Assembly: GCA_963722385.1 (NCBI GenBank)
Contig: CAVRKK010000002.1
Location: 128,001 to 192,000 of the forward strand
DNA length: 64,000 nucleotides
Source: an uncultured bacterium
GTDB taxonomy: Bacteria; Babelota; Babeliae; Babelales; Babelaceae
Reading direction: 5' to 3'
Part shown: positions 1-11,756 of the stretch, piece after piece
How positions within the stretch are numbered: the first letter of the stretch is position 1
Layout: each line of letters opens with the position of its first letter
Translations under genes and position numbers: made by a program
The notes under the pieces: generated by a model
What the model saw: the letters and a program-made list of their open reading frames with translations, nothing else
The model's database searches: none
Told to the model about the DNA's origin: nothing

Positions 1-1201
<1,201 letters not shown>

Positions 1202-1207
1202 AACATT

Positions 1208-2212
1208 ATGTGCGCCCGCGATGCTCTCATTGATAATACCGTAATCGAACAGGTATACGAATTCATTGAGCAGAACGTGCTTATACGCCAGCGTGATACG
1301 CTCGTGATTGGACTATCAGGGGGGCCTGACTCAGTATTTTTACTCCACGCGCTTGTTGCGCTCAGGCCGTCCTACAACCTCACGCTGATCGCTGCGCACC
1401 TTGATCATGGCTGGCGCCCCGAATCGGCCCAAGATGCGCTTTTTTGCAAGGAGCTTGCGGAATCATTGGGCATTACCTACGTTGGCAAGCATGCACAAGC
1501 GTTGGCTTTGCCCCCATGGACGGGTTCTCGTGAAGAACTTGGCCGCACGTTGCGTAGAACTTTCTTAGAAAACGTGGCGCATGAATACTCGGCGCAGGCC
1601 ATTGTGCTCGGCCATCACAAGGACGATCAAATCGAGACATTCTTTGTACGCCTCATGCGCGGAGCGGGACTTGCAGGGCTTTCTGGCATGCGGCCACGAT
1701 CAGGGCTTTATATTCGGCCACTGCTTGGGGTTTTCAAGGAGCAGATTCTCGAGTACTTGCACGAGAAAGGATTTGCGTATCGGCAGGACTACACTAATGA
1801 GAGCCCTTTATACTTGCGCAACCGACTCCGTAACCTGGTGATACCAGAGCTTAAAAAGAGCGATCCACGCTTTGCCAATAACTGTATCAGAAGCATTGGT
1901 CATCTCCAAGAAGCTGCTGACTTTCTTGAGCAGCTAACGGAAACGACATTTGACACGGTGGCCTCCTACCAAGACGATCGCTATGTCATCGATTTAAAGA
2001 GCTTTCGCCTGCTTGATCCCTTTATGCAAAAACAGATACTACTTGCCTGGCTTTGCCGCGAGAAATTACCCTTCACCCCCACGAGCGCATTCTTTGACGA
2101 AGCCCTACGCTTTTTAAATACCCAGCGCGGCGGCTCACATACGCTTCACCCTACCTGGCACCTGATAAAGCAAGGGAATCTGGCATTCGTCCAAAAAATT
2201 GGCGAATTTTAA
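1208..2212 (+). CDS. tilS: tRNA(Ile)-lysidine synthetase
   Basis: SGGPDS PP-loop, HLDHGWR, GHHKDDQIET, RNRLR motifs. Confidence 0.95.
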   Translation: MCARDALIDNTVIEQVYEFIEQNVLIRQRDTLVIGLSGGPDSVFLLHALVALRPSYNLTLIAAHLDHGWRPESAQDALFCKELAESLGITYVGKHAQALALPPWTGSREELGRTLRRTFLENVAHEYSAQAIVLGHHKDDQIETFFVRLMRGAGLAGLSGMRPRSGLYIRPLLGVFKEQILEYLHEKGFAYRQDYTNESPLYLRNRLRNLVIPELKKSDPRFANNCIRSIGHLQEAADFLEQLTETTFDTVASYQDDRYVIDLKSFRLLDPFMQKQILLAWLCREKLPFTPTSAFFDEALRFLNTQRGGSHTLHPTWHLIKQGNLAFVQKIGEF

Positions 2213-3456
2213 ACAAGGTTTAGCTGTCCAGCTGTTCCAAACCGCCTAAGGTAGCTAAGTGCTTGCTGTTCAGCAGCTCCGATTCGCTCGATCGCTCCAC
2301 GCGTTACGGATCCGCTGGTCTTTAATTTTGTCGCAATTTCATTCCTGAAAGCTTCTGCCTGCTTCGGCGTTAGGTAGTCTCTTTCCTCATCGCTCATACC
2401 CGTACCAACCAAGGCAAGCATTTGCTGCAGAGCATATGCCTGAACATCTTCCATAGTTGGATTTTTTTCCATAACAAGGCCGAGCTCACCAAATGCTGCT
2501 GCATAATTAGGCTTCAGGCGGAACCGTTCTACTGCTTTTAATAATGATATCAGCGCACTACGTGCAAGAGCACCGCCACTCCTCAAGGCTTTTTGAATCA
2601 CCTCGATAAATTTATCCAATGCTCCCTGGAGTGATTTACGCTCCTCTTCAGGCAAGGTATCAATTTGTTCCGTGGACAACCGCTGATTCAAAGCGTTAAC
2701 CGTAGTTTCAGTTTTTTGCACCGCATTAGTGTTCGATCCATCGAGGCTTTTTGACGAATCATTAAGCGTAGTTACAACAAACGCAGCAGGGACTGTTTGG
2801 GGTAATTGTTGGGACACCCATTGCACCTGGTCGGTTGTCATTTTCGCTTGCATTTCAGGCGTGAGCAAGAAATTTATTTGGTCATCAGCCAGCTTGTATA
2901 TGACATTTCTATCTAACAATGCATTTAATTGTTCGCTTGACAATTTTCCTATATCTTCTGCCGTTAACGATCTTAGTTCTTTTCTCGACAACTTCTTTAT
3001 TTCCTCGGGAGTCCGTTCGGCAACAGGCACGGTGGTGACCACAGGCTCGTTTGATCCTCCGCCGGTGATGACGGGAACACCGCCCGCGGCTTCTGCCGCG
3101 AATTTCTTCAGATATTCCTTAACTTTATCGGTCAACATAGCATCCTTTTGAGCTTCTGATAAGCCGCTTAGTATACCTGACGTCCACTGCCTCGCTACGT
3201 ATTGAGGATCCTTGTCTGCCAGTGCTGTTATCTCTTCAGGCGTTAAATCACGGAGTGGCTTGAACGCCGGCGGGGTCACGGGTGGAGTACCAGGTACAGA
3301 TATTGGTGGCGTCGGTTGTCCCGTAGGCTCACCTGGCGGCCCTTCGTGTTCCCCAGGTTGTTCTTCGGGTGGACGATACCCCACGTCCATGGCGCTCAGA
3401 AACGAAGCGGTTAAAAGAGCGCTTAATATTACCATTTTTCGATTGTTCAAGCTCAT
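2209..3456 (-). CDS. Hypothetical secreted protein with Pro-rich linker and short L[TS]xE[EQD]I repeats
   Basis: 415-aa ORF, signal-like N-terminus ending LSAMD; repeats LTPEEI, RTPEEI, LTAEDI, LSSEQL, LSTEQI. Confidence 0.7.
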   Translation of the reverse strand: MSLNNRKMVILSALLTASFLSAMDVGYRPPEEQPGEHEGPPGEPTGQPTPPISVPGTPPVTPPAFKPLRDLTPEEITALADKDPQYVARQWTSGILSGLSEAQKDAMLTDKVKEYLKKFAAEAAGGVPVITGGGSNEPVVTTVPVAERTPEEIKKLSRKELRSLTAEDIGKLSSEQLNALLDRNVIYKLADDQINFLLTPEMQAKMTTDQVQWVSQQLPQTVPAAFVVTTLNDSSKSLDGSNTNAVQKTETTVNALNQRLSTEQIDTLPEEERKSLQGALDKFIEVIQKALRSGGALARSALISLLKAVERFRLKPNYAAAFGELGLVMEKNPTMEDVQAYALQQMLALVGTGMSDEERDYLTPKQAEAFRNEIATKLKTSGSVTRGAIERIGAAEQQALSYLRRFGTAGQLNLV

Positions 3457-3638
3457 GACACTTCCTTTTTGAAAATATTTTAATATAGTTTTTTATTTTA
3501 AAATAACAAATTATATTTACCAAAATCAATATTATTATTACATATAGCTTGATATTACAAAAATGGTCTTTGAGCTTTGCAGCGATGAGATCAAAAAAAA
3601 ATGAGCAGAGATTAAGAGCAGAACAAACAAAGACGGCA

Positions 3639-3672
3639 AAAGAGAGGCCGCTTATAACAGCGGCCTCTCTTT
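3639..3672 (-). terminator. Intrinsic terminator hairpin downstream of the 3691-4851 gene
   Basis: aaagagaggccgct ... agcggcctctcttt inverted repeat. Confidence 0.75.
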
Positions 3673-3690
3673 AAATAATCAACGTGCTAA

Positions 3691-4851
3691 TTAGAAACTA
3701 ACTGCAGCCGTCACCCATGCCAAGGCACCTTGGAATGCGTTCGATTTCGCTTCGCGGTGTGTTCTATTGAAATCATAGCCAACACCAACGCCGAGAGTTG
3801 CAGGATTGTCGCAAATAGTCGTGTTGTAAGAAGCAGCCACGTAAGGAGTTGCACCAAACTTAACTGTTTCTGGGGTCTTCAACTGTTCGCTCTTGATGCC
3901 AAACTTGTTGTCTGCATCTGCTGGCACCATAATCTCTGCGGAATTTCCCTCTTTATCTTCACCATGGAAGCCAACTTGCTTGCCAAAAGTGGCGGTAAAG
4001 GCGCTACCAAGCTCAACATTCCATGCATCATAAGCATAGTGCAGGGCTGTCCAGCCGTTAACGGTATGACCAGGGGTAAGTCTAATTTCAGCGCTTCCAG
4101 CTTTTCCGTCCTTTTCATCAGCTTTGCCACTCACGCTAAAGTAGCTGGTTGGGAAAGCATAGTGATACTGAGCATCAAACATCCATGCAAGGTGATGATC
4201 ATCACAAGCATAAACGGTGAAGCCACTATTAATACCACCACCAACACGATAGTGCTTGGTACCGAATTCTGGATTTTCAACAGCTAAGAAAGGTACTTGC
4301 TTAATTTCTGACTTCTTGTCCTTATCTTCCTCAACATGGGAACGTAAATTCCTTTTGGTTGGAAAGCCTGCCATAGCATAGATGCCAACATGGTCATCGC
4401 TATTAAAGAAGAAATCATAACCGGCCTTGACAATTATGTCATCAATGCCAAATTCTGATCTATCTTTTCTCTCTTTGTCGACCAGAGTTGCTTCGTCGCC
4501 ACGGTTTTCTTTTATATAACCAAAGATGGTATTAGCACGAACCCATAGATCGCCAAAGTTAACTTGTCCTTGAAGAAAAGAACCAACGGCATTAACGGAG
4601 CGCTTATCCTTATCTTCAGCGCCTATCGTTTGCCAATGCTTATAAAATGGATTGATGTAGAAATCAACCATTTTGATATCGCATGCTTTAGGATAATAAT
4701 GGTGATAATCACTCAATGCATGTTCAAGAACCAGGTTCCCCGGCTCTAACAGCACATCTTGCTCAGGGGCAAGCGAAATAGTTCCTCCCTGCGGATAAAC
4801 CACGGGGGCGCTTAATAAAAGTATAAGCGCAAGACGAGATAAAAATTTCAT
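3691..4851 (-). CDS. Putative outer-membrane beta-barrel protein
   Basis: Signal peptide, Gly/aromatic-rich alternating strands, C-terminal AWVTAAVSF ending in Phe. Confidence 0.6.
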   Translation of the reverse strand: MKFLSRLALILLLSAPVVYPQGGTISLAPEQDVLLEPGNLVLEHALSDYHHYYPKACDIKMVDFYINPFYKHWQTIGAEDKDKRSVNAVGSFLQGQVNFGDLWVRANTIFGYIKENRGDEATLVDKERKDRSEFGIDDIIVKAGYDFFFNSDDHVGIYAMAGFPTKRNLRSHVEEDKDKKSEIKQVPFLAVENPEFGTKHYRVGGGINSGFTVYACDDHHLAWMFDAQYHYAFPTSYFSVSGKADEKDGKAGSAEIRLTPGHTVNGWTALHYAYDAWNVELGSAFTATFGKQVGFHGEDKEGNSAEIMVPADADNKFGIKSEQLKTPETVKFGATPYVAASYNTTICDNPATLGVGVGYDFNRTHREAKSNAFQGALAWVTAAVSF

Positions 4852-5083
4852 AAAAAAACTCCTTGTGGGTAATTGAGCAGAAAATGTATCTACTTAAATT
4901 TTTTACCACAAAAATGCTGAAAGTAAAGCTATTTTGCACAAAATAGCAATATTCTCTATATTTAAACACTCTTTGTTATTTTTAAGATTTTAATTTATTA
5001 TTTTTATGTATAAGATTGAAAAATCAAAACTATATTAATCTCTGAGGATGATGCTATGCTTAATTTAAAAGATGAGGCGTTCG

Positions 5084-5551
5084 ATGATTGACCGTGATAT
5101 TATGTACATGCGGCAAGCGCTCGCCTTGGCGCAACGTGCTGCCACGGCTGGCGAGGTGCCTATTGGTGCTGTTGTCGTATCCGCGCATGGCGAAATCCTT
5201 GGCGCCGGCTATAACCTGGTCGAGCGCTATCAGTGTCAGCGGCATCACGCAGAAATACGCGCCATTGACAAAGCATGCAAAAAAATAAATAATTGGCGAT
5301 TAATAGGATGTACGCTTTACGTAACACTTGAACCATGCATGATGTGCGTAAGCCTCTGCGCGCTCAGCCGGTGCGAGCGGATCGTATATGGTGCCGATTC
5401 ACCGCTTTTTGGCTATCGTCTTGACAAGGAAGGCGTACTTGCTTTATATACTAAGCAGATCAAAAATATCACTGCCCATGTTTTAGCAGATGAAGCAGCT
5501 GCAATACTAAAAAAATTTTTTTCAGATAAAAGGGAGAGCTGTGATGAATGA
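5084..5551 (+). CDS. tadA: tRNA adenosine(34) deaminase
   Basis: GEVPIGAV, HAE, TLEPCMMC zinc motifs. Confidence 0.9.
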   Translation: MIDRDIMYMRQALALAQRAATAGEVPIGAVVVSAHGEILGAGYNLVERYQCQRHHAEIRAIDKACKKINNWRLIGCTLYVTLEPCMMCVSLCALSRCERIVYGADSPLFGYRLDKEGVLALYTKQIKNITAHVLADEAAAILKKFFSDKRESCDE

Positions 5552-5888
5552 GAGCGCAATAGCAACAATAAAAAAAAAGTTGCTCACTCGCAAAAAAGAG
5601 CTAGAAGGCGAATTGACGCGGCTATCTCGCGAACATATACCGGACAGGCAATCGCCTGACCCCTCAGACCAAGCATCAGCCTCAACCCTTGAGGACCTCA
5701 ATATTTCGTTGCAAAATACTGAGCATGGGGAGTACCGCATGATTATCCGTGCTCTCGAAATGATCGATGAGGGAGTCTATGGTATCTGTAGCGACTGCGG
5801 ACAAGCCATTTCAGAAAAGCGCCTCCAGTTATACCCTAACGTAACACGCTGCCTTGCCTGCCAGGAAGCCGCCGAAGAACGAGGATAG
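5544..5888 (+). CDS. DksA/TraR C4 zinc-finger protein
   Basis: DPSDQA coiled-coil tip; YGICSDC...RL...CLAC. Confidence 0.9.
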   Translation: MNESAIATIKKKLLTRKKELEGELTRLSREHIPDRQSPDPSDQASASTLEDLNISLQNTEHGEYRMIIRALEMIDEGVYGICSDCGQAISEKRLQLYPNVTRCLACQEAAEERG

Positions 5889-5935
5889 TCACTTTGAATA
5901 GGCTGGTAAATATGCTATACTAGATGGCAAGGTCT

Positions 5936-6010
<75 letters not shown>

Positions 6011-6044
6011 GTAGTTGTTTAGTATATTTACAATAAGGTTAGTT

Positions 6045-6488
6045 ATGGAATCAGCAAAGGCTCAAAGCAAGCAAAAAGCCGCTGCAAAGGCTAAAAAAGC
6101 TCCTCTCGCTCATGGCGTAGGCAGGCGTAAATCAGCGGTTGCACGCGTATGGCTGCGTCGTGGAGCAGGCAAGGTGCTTGTTAATGGAAAAGAATATTCT
6201 ACCTATTTTGATACAGATATCATGCGTGCGGCGGTAATAACGCCATTTAACGTAGTACCTAAAGCAGCTACCTATTATGACGCCGACGTTAACGTCCAGG
6301 GTGGTGGGCTCTGCGCCCAGGCCGATGCAGTTAAGCTCGGTTTGTCGCGAGCACTGTTTGCTGCCAATGAAGAACTCAAGCCATTATTGAGACAAAATGG
6401 TCTTTTAACGGTTGATGCGCGCGTAAAAGAACGCAAAAAGTACGGGCGCCGTGCAGCACGCCGCCGCTTCCAATTTGTAAAGCGCTAA
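6045..6488 (+). CDS. rpsI: 30S ribosomal protein S9
   Basis: GVGRRKSAVARV, GGG, ERKKYG, QFVKR C-terminus. Confidence 0.97.
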   Translation: MESAKAQSKQKAAAKAKKAPLAHGVGRRKSAVARVWLRRGAGKVLVNGKEYSTYFDTDIMRAAVITPFNVVPKAATYYDADVNVQGGGLCAQADAVKLGLSRALFAANEELKPLLRQNGLLTVDARVKERKKYGRRAARRRFQFVKR

Positions 6489-6509
6489 TTACTCGCAAGC
6501 CACAGCCCG

Positions 6510-8339
6510 ATGGGTATTGTCGCTTATATTGGCGCTGGTTCAAGCCGATCCCATGTTCTCGAGGGGCTATCGCTCCTTGACCACCGAGGCTATGATGTCG
6601 CGGGCTTTGGTTGTCTCGTTGACCACAACATTGTGACATATAAAGCCGAGGGCGTTGACCGCCTTATTCAACAGCTCGATCAGTTTTCTATTGATGGCTC
6701 TCTGGGCATAGGCCATATGAGGTGGTCGACGCATGGGCTTGCCGCCGACCTTACCAACGCGCACCCCCATAGCGATTGCACACAAAGTATTTCTCTTGCG
6801 CACATCGGTATTATCGAAAATCACTATGATCTGCGTATAATGCTCAAGCAGGCGGGTCATGTCTTTTTGTCGCAGACTGATACTGAAGTTATTGTGCATC
6901 TTTTTGAATCGCTTCTTTTAGCCCATGGCATCGCACGAACCGCACTTACAGAGCTCGTTACTTATTTGGAAGGAGCGTATGCCTGCGCCTTTATCGTGCA
7001 AGGGATGCCCGATACGCTCTTACTTGTGCGCAAGCGTTCGCCGCTCTGTATCGGGCTGGGCGATAACGAAATGTTCATCGCTTCGGATCCGCTCGCATTT
7101 GCAGGCAAGACAAAAAAAGTACTTTTTATGCCTGATGAATGCTTTGCACTCGTTAAGAAAGACGGCATAGAGCTTTATAATTTTGCTAGTCAGCCGGTAC
7201 CCATTGAGACTGAAGAGCACTTTTCTCAAGTTTCTTATGTGGGCAAGAATAACTATGAGCACTTTTTGCTTAAAGAAATTTACGACCAAAAAAAGGTGAT
7301 CTACGATACCGTGAGCTTTGATCGCCAACAAACGATGCGCGTATGGGATCAGATGGGCCTTTCGGGTGAAACCGTAAGCATGCTCAACTCGATCACCTTA
7401 ATAGGTTGCGGGACTTCATGGCATGCGGCCCGGGTTGCGCAATTTTTTTTTGAAGCTATTGCTCACCTACCAACGAAAGCATACTTGGCATCAGAATTTT
7501 GTTACAGGCCCTTATTTTCTCGTGAAAATAGCATCTGCATTGGGATTTCACAATCAGGCCAAACAGCTGATACATTGCAGGCTTTACGGATCGCGCAAGC
7601 AGCAGAAATACCAACGATTGGACTTACCAACGATGCAGCGAGCACAATCGTTCGTGAAGCAACAGGTTTTTTGCTTACTCACGCGAGTCCTGAAATAGCG
7701 GTCGCCTCTACCAAAACATTTACCGCCCAATTAGCAACGCTCTTTTTGCTTGCCCACCATATTGCTCTTGCCAAAGAGCTCATCACAGCCCGCCAGCTTG
7801 AGATAGCCCATGAAGAACTATTAATCGTTGCCGAGGTGCTTGAGAATGCGCTTGAGAACTATAAGCGATCCATAATCGTTGATGCGCCATTTTATGCGAC
7901 TTTCAATCACTTTATCTTTTTAGGCCGCCATATTAGTTACCCGTTTGCGCTTGAGGCAGCCCTTAAGCTCAAAGAAATAGCCTACCTCTTTGTTGACTGC
8001 CCGCCGGCAGGCGAACTTAAGCACGGGCCTTTGGCGCTTGTTGATAATACAACGCCGGTATTTATCTTCTCCTGCCTTGATAGCGCGGTGTACCGCAAGC
8101 TCTTGGCAAATGCTCAAGAGGTTAAAGCACGGCAGGGCCATATTGTTGCTTTTGCCTTTAAAGGACAAGATGAGCTGATCGCTCTTGCTGATAAAGTTTT
8201 TATACTGCCCCCGGTTAATCCCCTCTTAGCGCCTCTTGCCATGGTCGCACTTATGCAATTTTTTATCTATCAGATCGGCCTTTCCCTAGGCCGCCCTATC
8301 GATAAGCCACGCAACTTGACCAAAATGCTCGAAGTTTAA
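6510..8339 (+). CDS. glmS: GlmS-like glutamine:fructose-6-phosphate aminotransferase with degenerate glutaminase domain
   Basis: Full-length 609 aa, Ntn domain + two SIS domains (SQSG.TADT, VASTK, ALKLKE, ELKHGP, PRNLTK); catalytic Cys1 absent. Confidence 0.85.
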   Translation: MGIVAYIGAGSSRSHVLEGLSLLDHRGYDVAGFGCLVDHNIVTYKAEGVDRLIQQLDQFSIDGSLGIGHMRWSTHGLAADLTNAHPHSDCTQSISLAHIGIIENHYDLRIMLKQAGHVFLSQTDTEVIVHLFESLLLAHGIARTALTELVTYLEGAYACAFIVQGMPDTLLLVRKRSPLCIGLGDNEMFIASDPLAFAGKTKKVLFMPDECFALVKKDGIELYNFASQPVPIETEEHFSQVSYVGKNNYEHFLLKEIYDQKKVIYDTVSFDRQQTMRVWDQMGLSGETVSMLNSITLIGCGTSWHAARVAQFFFEAIAHLPTKAYLASEFCYRPLFSRENSICIGISQSGQTADTLQALRIAQAAEIPTIGLTNDAASTIVREATGFLLTHASPEIAVASTKTFTAQLATLFLLAHHIALAKELITARQLEIAHEELLIVAEVLENALENYKRSIIVDAPFYATFNHFIFLGRHISYPFALEAALKLKEIAYLFVDCPPAGELKHGPLALVDNTTPVFIFSCLDSAVYRKLLANAQEVKARQGHIVAFAFKGQDELIALADKVFILPPVNPLLAPLAMVALMQFFIYQIGLSLGRPIDKPRNLTKMLEV

Positions 8340-8543
8340 GCTTCGCAGATCCCGTATGCAAGCCTCATTGCGCAGCTAAGGCGCCACCTTATTTCTAAAC
8401 ATTTTTTGCGAAACCGTGATTTTTATACATTTTTTTCCACATTTAACCTTGAATTTTAAACAAAAAGGCCTCTATTAATGTTTGATTTTTCTGCATAATT
8501 CTTCTATAATAAGCCTGATTTTTATACATGTGCAGGGGACAAC

Positions 8544-9907
8544 ATGAGAAGAATTATCGATTACTTTCTTTTGGAATGGAAAAAACGGAAGATAGGAAAC
8601 CTCTTTTACTCCGTGGGGCGCGTCAGGTAGGCAAGACATATGCAGCGCGAGTCCTCGGAAAAACATTCACTACATTGGTGGAAATTAACCTTGAATCGAA
8701 CGAGGGCGCGCGACAAATTATCGAAAAAGATCTCGATGTTCATAGAATCGTTCTACAACTTTCAGAACTTGTACAGAAAAAAATTGTACCCGGATCAACG
8801 CTCCTTTTTTTTGACGAAATTCAAAGTTGTCCGCAAGCTATTATTGCACTGCGCTACTTTTACGAGCACTTTCCAACCTTGCATATCATAGCTGCTGGGT
8901 CGTTACTCGAGTTTGCTATGGAACAGATTGGTATTCCTGTTGGACGAGTTTCTACACTGTATTTATATCCCGCGTCCTTCCTTGAGTTCCTCATAGCACT
9001 TGGCCATACAAACTGGGCAAGTACCATACTCCAGGCTCCTCCGGGATCATCCCTCAGTAGCCCTCTACATACGGCACTTCTTGATATGGCGGGGAGATAC
9101 TTGGCTATCGGTGGTATGCCTGAAGCTATTAACGAGTGGATTAAAGCGCAGTCATCACGTGATGTTAAAAGAGTTCATGCTGATCTCATTTACACCTACG
9201 AGCAGGACTTTGGCAAATATGCACGGCGCCACCAAATAAGATATTTGCATCTCATTTTTCTCAAAGCAGCTGAACAGCTCTCCCACAAATTTATGTTTTC
9301 GCGCGTTGGCGAATATCAAAAACGGGAACTTGCTCCTGCCTTAGAGTTACTCGAAAAAGCAGGACTTCTCTACAAAGTAATAAGGAGCGCAGGGCAAGGG
9401 ATACCTATCGGCGCTCAAGCTGACCTTAATTTCTTCAAAATTATTTTTTTAGATGTAGGCCTTTGCCAAGCGTTGTTAAAGCTTCCTATTGCACCCTGGT
9501 TTACCAATCCCTTAACCACCATGATCAACAAAGGTCAAATAGTAGAATCCTTCGTTGGCCAAGAATTGCTTGCCTACTCAGACCCGATGCATAAAGAATC
9601 TCTTTTCTATTGGCATAGAGAGCAGCGAGGTAGCAAAACAGAGGTCGATTATCTGATACAGCAAAAGGAACATGTTATTCCCATAGAAGTTAAGGCCGGC
9701 ATAAGCATGAGGAATAAGAGCATGCAGCTCTTTTTAGTATCACATCCATACTCGCCTTATGGGATACGTATTTGGGCCGGGCAAGCAGAACAAGAGGAAA
9801 AAGTATACTCATTCCCTCTTTACGCTATAGCCCATTTACTTATCGATGGCAATAATACTCTCCGAGATGCATTTCGGTTTCTGATAGCCGACCCTGACTC
9901 TGTTTGA
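8544..9907 (+). pseudogene. AAA_14/DUF4143 ATPase, apparent 1-nt deletion in an A-run near 8580
   Basis: RBS + ATG at 8544 gives MRRIIDYFLLEWKK, then a shift to EDRKPLLLRGARQVGKT; FDEIQ, GGMPE, EVD..IPIEVK motifs intact downstream. Confidence 0.75.
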
Positions 9908-10104
9908 GCCACCAATTGATTCTATTACCTAGCCTATCGCTTTTCCAACTAAGACTGTAGACCGAAGCTCATAGCCTGCGGCATTACCTTGCATATATTT
10001 GATGCTTATCACAGTCAGCTATGGCAGAAAGGAGTTAATGCAAAAAGCTCGAGAAAACAGGTGCATACAACGGACAAGCTTTAACGTACCGCTGAGTTCC
10101 TCAT

Positions 10105-10160
10105 GCAAAAAGATGGCCATCTTTTTGCGTTTTTTTGTAAAAACATGACCATCTTTTTAC
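10105..10160. promoter_or_regulatory. Two tandem 24-bp palindromes (operator-like) upstream of ftsB
   Basis: gcaaaaagatggccatctttttgc (10105-10128, perfect) and gtaaaaacatgaccatctttttac (10137-10160). Confidence 0.5.
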
Positions 10161-10227
10161 AAAAAACAACATTAAATTGAAAATATCTTCACGATAATGG
10201 TATCTTTTAGGCCAAAGGAATTATCAA

Positions 10228-10569
10228 ATGGTTACCATAAAAAAACTAATTATGCCCCTGGCCTTATGTGCAGAGATCGGCCTTTTTGCATTTTTTTACT
10301 TTACCAGCCCACTTGGGTTCAAAGCCCTTACATCGCTTAAAAAAGACAATCGAGAATTACAAAATTCGCTCACGCTTATTGAAAGCAATATTGCTCAATT
10401 AAAAAATAAGATAAATGAATGGAAGAAGTACCCTTGGTACACGGAACAGGTAGCACGCCAAGAGCTCCAGATGGCATATCCAGGCGAAGAGATATTTTTG
10501 CTCGAGAGTAACACGCCAGCGCCAGCTACCGGGCCGCTGAGCGACCAAACAGCCCAATCTTCGCCTTAA
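10228..10569 (+). CDS. ftsB: FtsB/DivIC septum formation initiator family protein
   Basis: Single TM helix, G, coiled coil, EQVARQELQMAYPGE motif. Confidence 0.75.
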   Translation: MVTIKKLIMPLALCAEIGLFAFFYFTSPLGFKALTSLKKDNRELQNSLTLIESNIAQLKNKINEWKKYPWYTEQVARQELQMAYPGEEIFLLESNTPAPATGPLSDQTAQSSP

Positions 10570-10891
10570 TTTTTAAATATTCGCCATTATTATTTGGTGG
10601 CTTGAGCGCAGTCTCGGGGGTTACCGGCTTGCCCGGCGGTTTCTCACGCGTATCAGAAAATGCCGTGGAAGAATCTAGAGGTTTTTGTACAAGGGGAACC
10701 TGTTGATAAAATGCGCTCCAGAGCATAAGGCAGGGTAAAAGAAGGGCGCTCTGACAAAAGGGGAATAGTGGCATGATTTGCTCCTGGTCGTTCGTTGATA
10801 TCAAGCATATTTTAGCATACCTGTTTGACATTCTTAGGCAAATTTATTGAGCAGGAAGACTTCCAAGCAAATTATCAAAAAAACCTACCGA

Positions 10892-10982
10892 TAAATCTCT
10901 ACGAAAAAAGCCCCGCTTGAGCCACCTATTGCCGTTGGGGAAGCAAAAATTCGCCTCGCCATCCCAGCTGTAAAGTCAGCTT
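10892..10982 (-). pseudogene. Remnant of the 3' end of a paralog of the 12865-14541 ankyrin gene
   Basis: Diverged direct repeat of 12858-12947; translates QADFTAGMARRIFASPTAIGGSSG versus EADFTARMARRIFAPQTAIGGSSG. Confidence 0.8.
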
Positions 10983-11062
10983 GCCATTAATAGCTATTAT
11001 CAATCCATAAAAGAGCTTGGACTTCTTTGGCTGAACCGCCAATGCGTTCATAGCAAGGAGCC

Positions 11063-11473
11063 CTATATAAATGGATTGATAATCTCTAATGTATTTTCAA
11101 CCATATGCAAATGATGCATATCTTCTGAATAAATAATTGAGCAATTACCTATAAGCGCCGAAGCAAGCATAAGGCAGTCAAAGTAGGAATAACGATATTT
11201 ATCTGCCAGTAAGAGTGCTTTTTGAATAATAGTTTGATCAATGGTCACAACTAAAAATTGCAAAAAAAGTTCGTTAACAACTGCCGAAACTTGTATAGTA
11301 TCCAACATTTTCTTTTTTGTTGTAACGTTAACAAACTCATTGATTGTTTGAGTACTAATGATGATTACTTCGTGCTCATTCAGGATGGTGTTAACAATTT
11401 TTTGCTTTTTGGGCTCATCAACAGAGTAAGCATATATAAGAATGTTGCTATCAATAAAAACCTTATCTGGCAT
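11063..11473 (-). CDS. PIN-domain (VapC-like) toxin
   Basis: VFIDSNILIY, STQTINEF, YSYFDCL, YSEDM motifs. Confidence 0.9.
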   Translation of the reverse strand: MPDKVFIDSNILIYAYSVDEPKKQKIVNTILNEHEVIIISTQTINEFVNVTTKKKMLDTIQVSAVVNELFLQFLVVTIDQTIIQKALLLADKYRYSYFDCLMLASALIGNCSIIYSEDMHHLHMVENTLEIINPFI

Positions 11474-11678
11474 TTGCTTCATCTCTATTAAATTTGAAGC
11501 CCTTTGTTTTGATTTGTGCCGCGGTCAAAGTACGCTTCTTCCGAGACGGTTTTTTTTCGGGAACAAAAGCTTCTTGAAGAATAATAACTCTGAATTGGTC
11601 TTGCAGCTCCCCTTGATATTCTTTAGGGATTTTAATGGTTCCCTTTTCAGCTTTCGCCACAAATTCTATTGCTCGCAT
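11463..11678 (-). CDS. Putative antitoxin cognate to the PIN toxin
   Basis: 71 aa, overlaps the toxin start, G.IKIP..Y N-terminal motif, FKFNRDEANAR tail. Confidence 0.75.
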   Translation of the reverse strand: MRAIEFVAKAEKGTIKIPKEYQGELQDQFRVIILQEAFVPEKKPSRKKRTLTAAQIKTKGFKFNRDEANAR

Positions 11679-11756
11679 TTTCTCTGCTCCTATCTGTCTA
11701 ATTACTTTTTATATTATTAAGTATAACAATAATCTCGCGAGAAAGGTAATAAAAGA

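Noticed and set aside
10105..10160. CRISPR array
   Set aside because: Only two units with an 8-nt gap and no cas genes
10526..10831. 101-aa minus-strand ORF
   Set aside because: No recognisable motif; may be a small gene but unsupported
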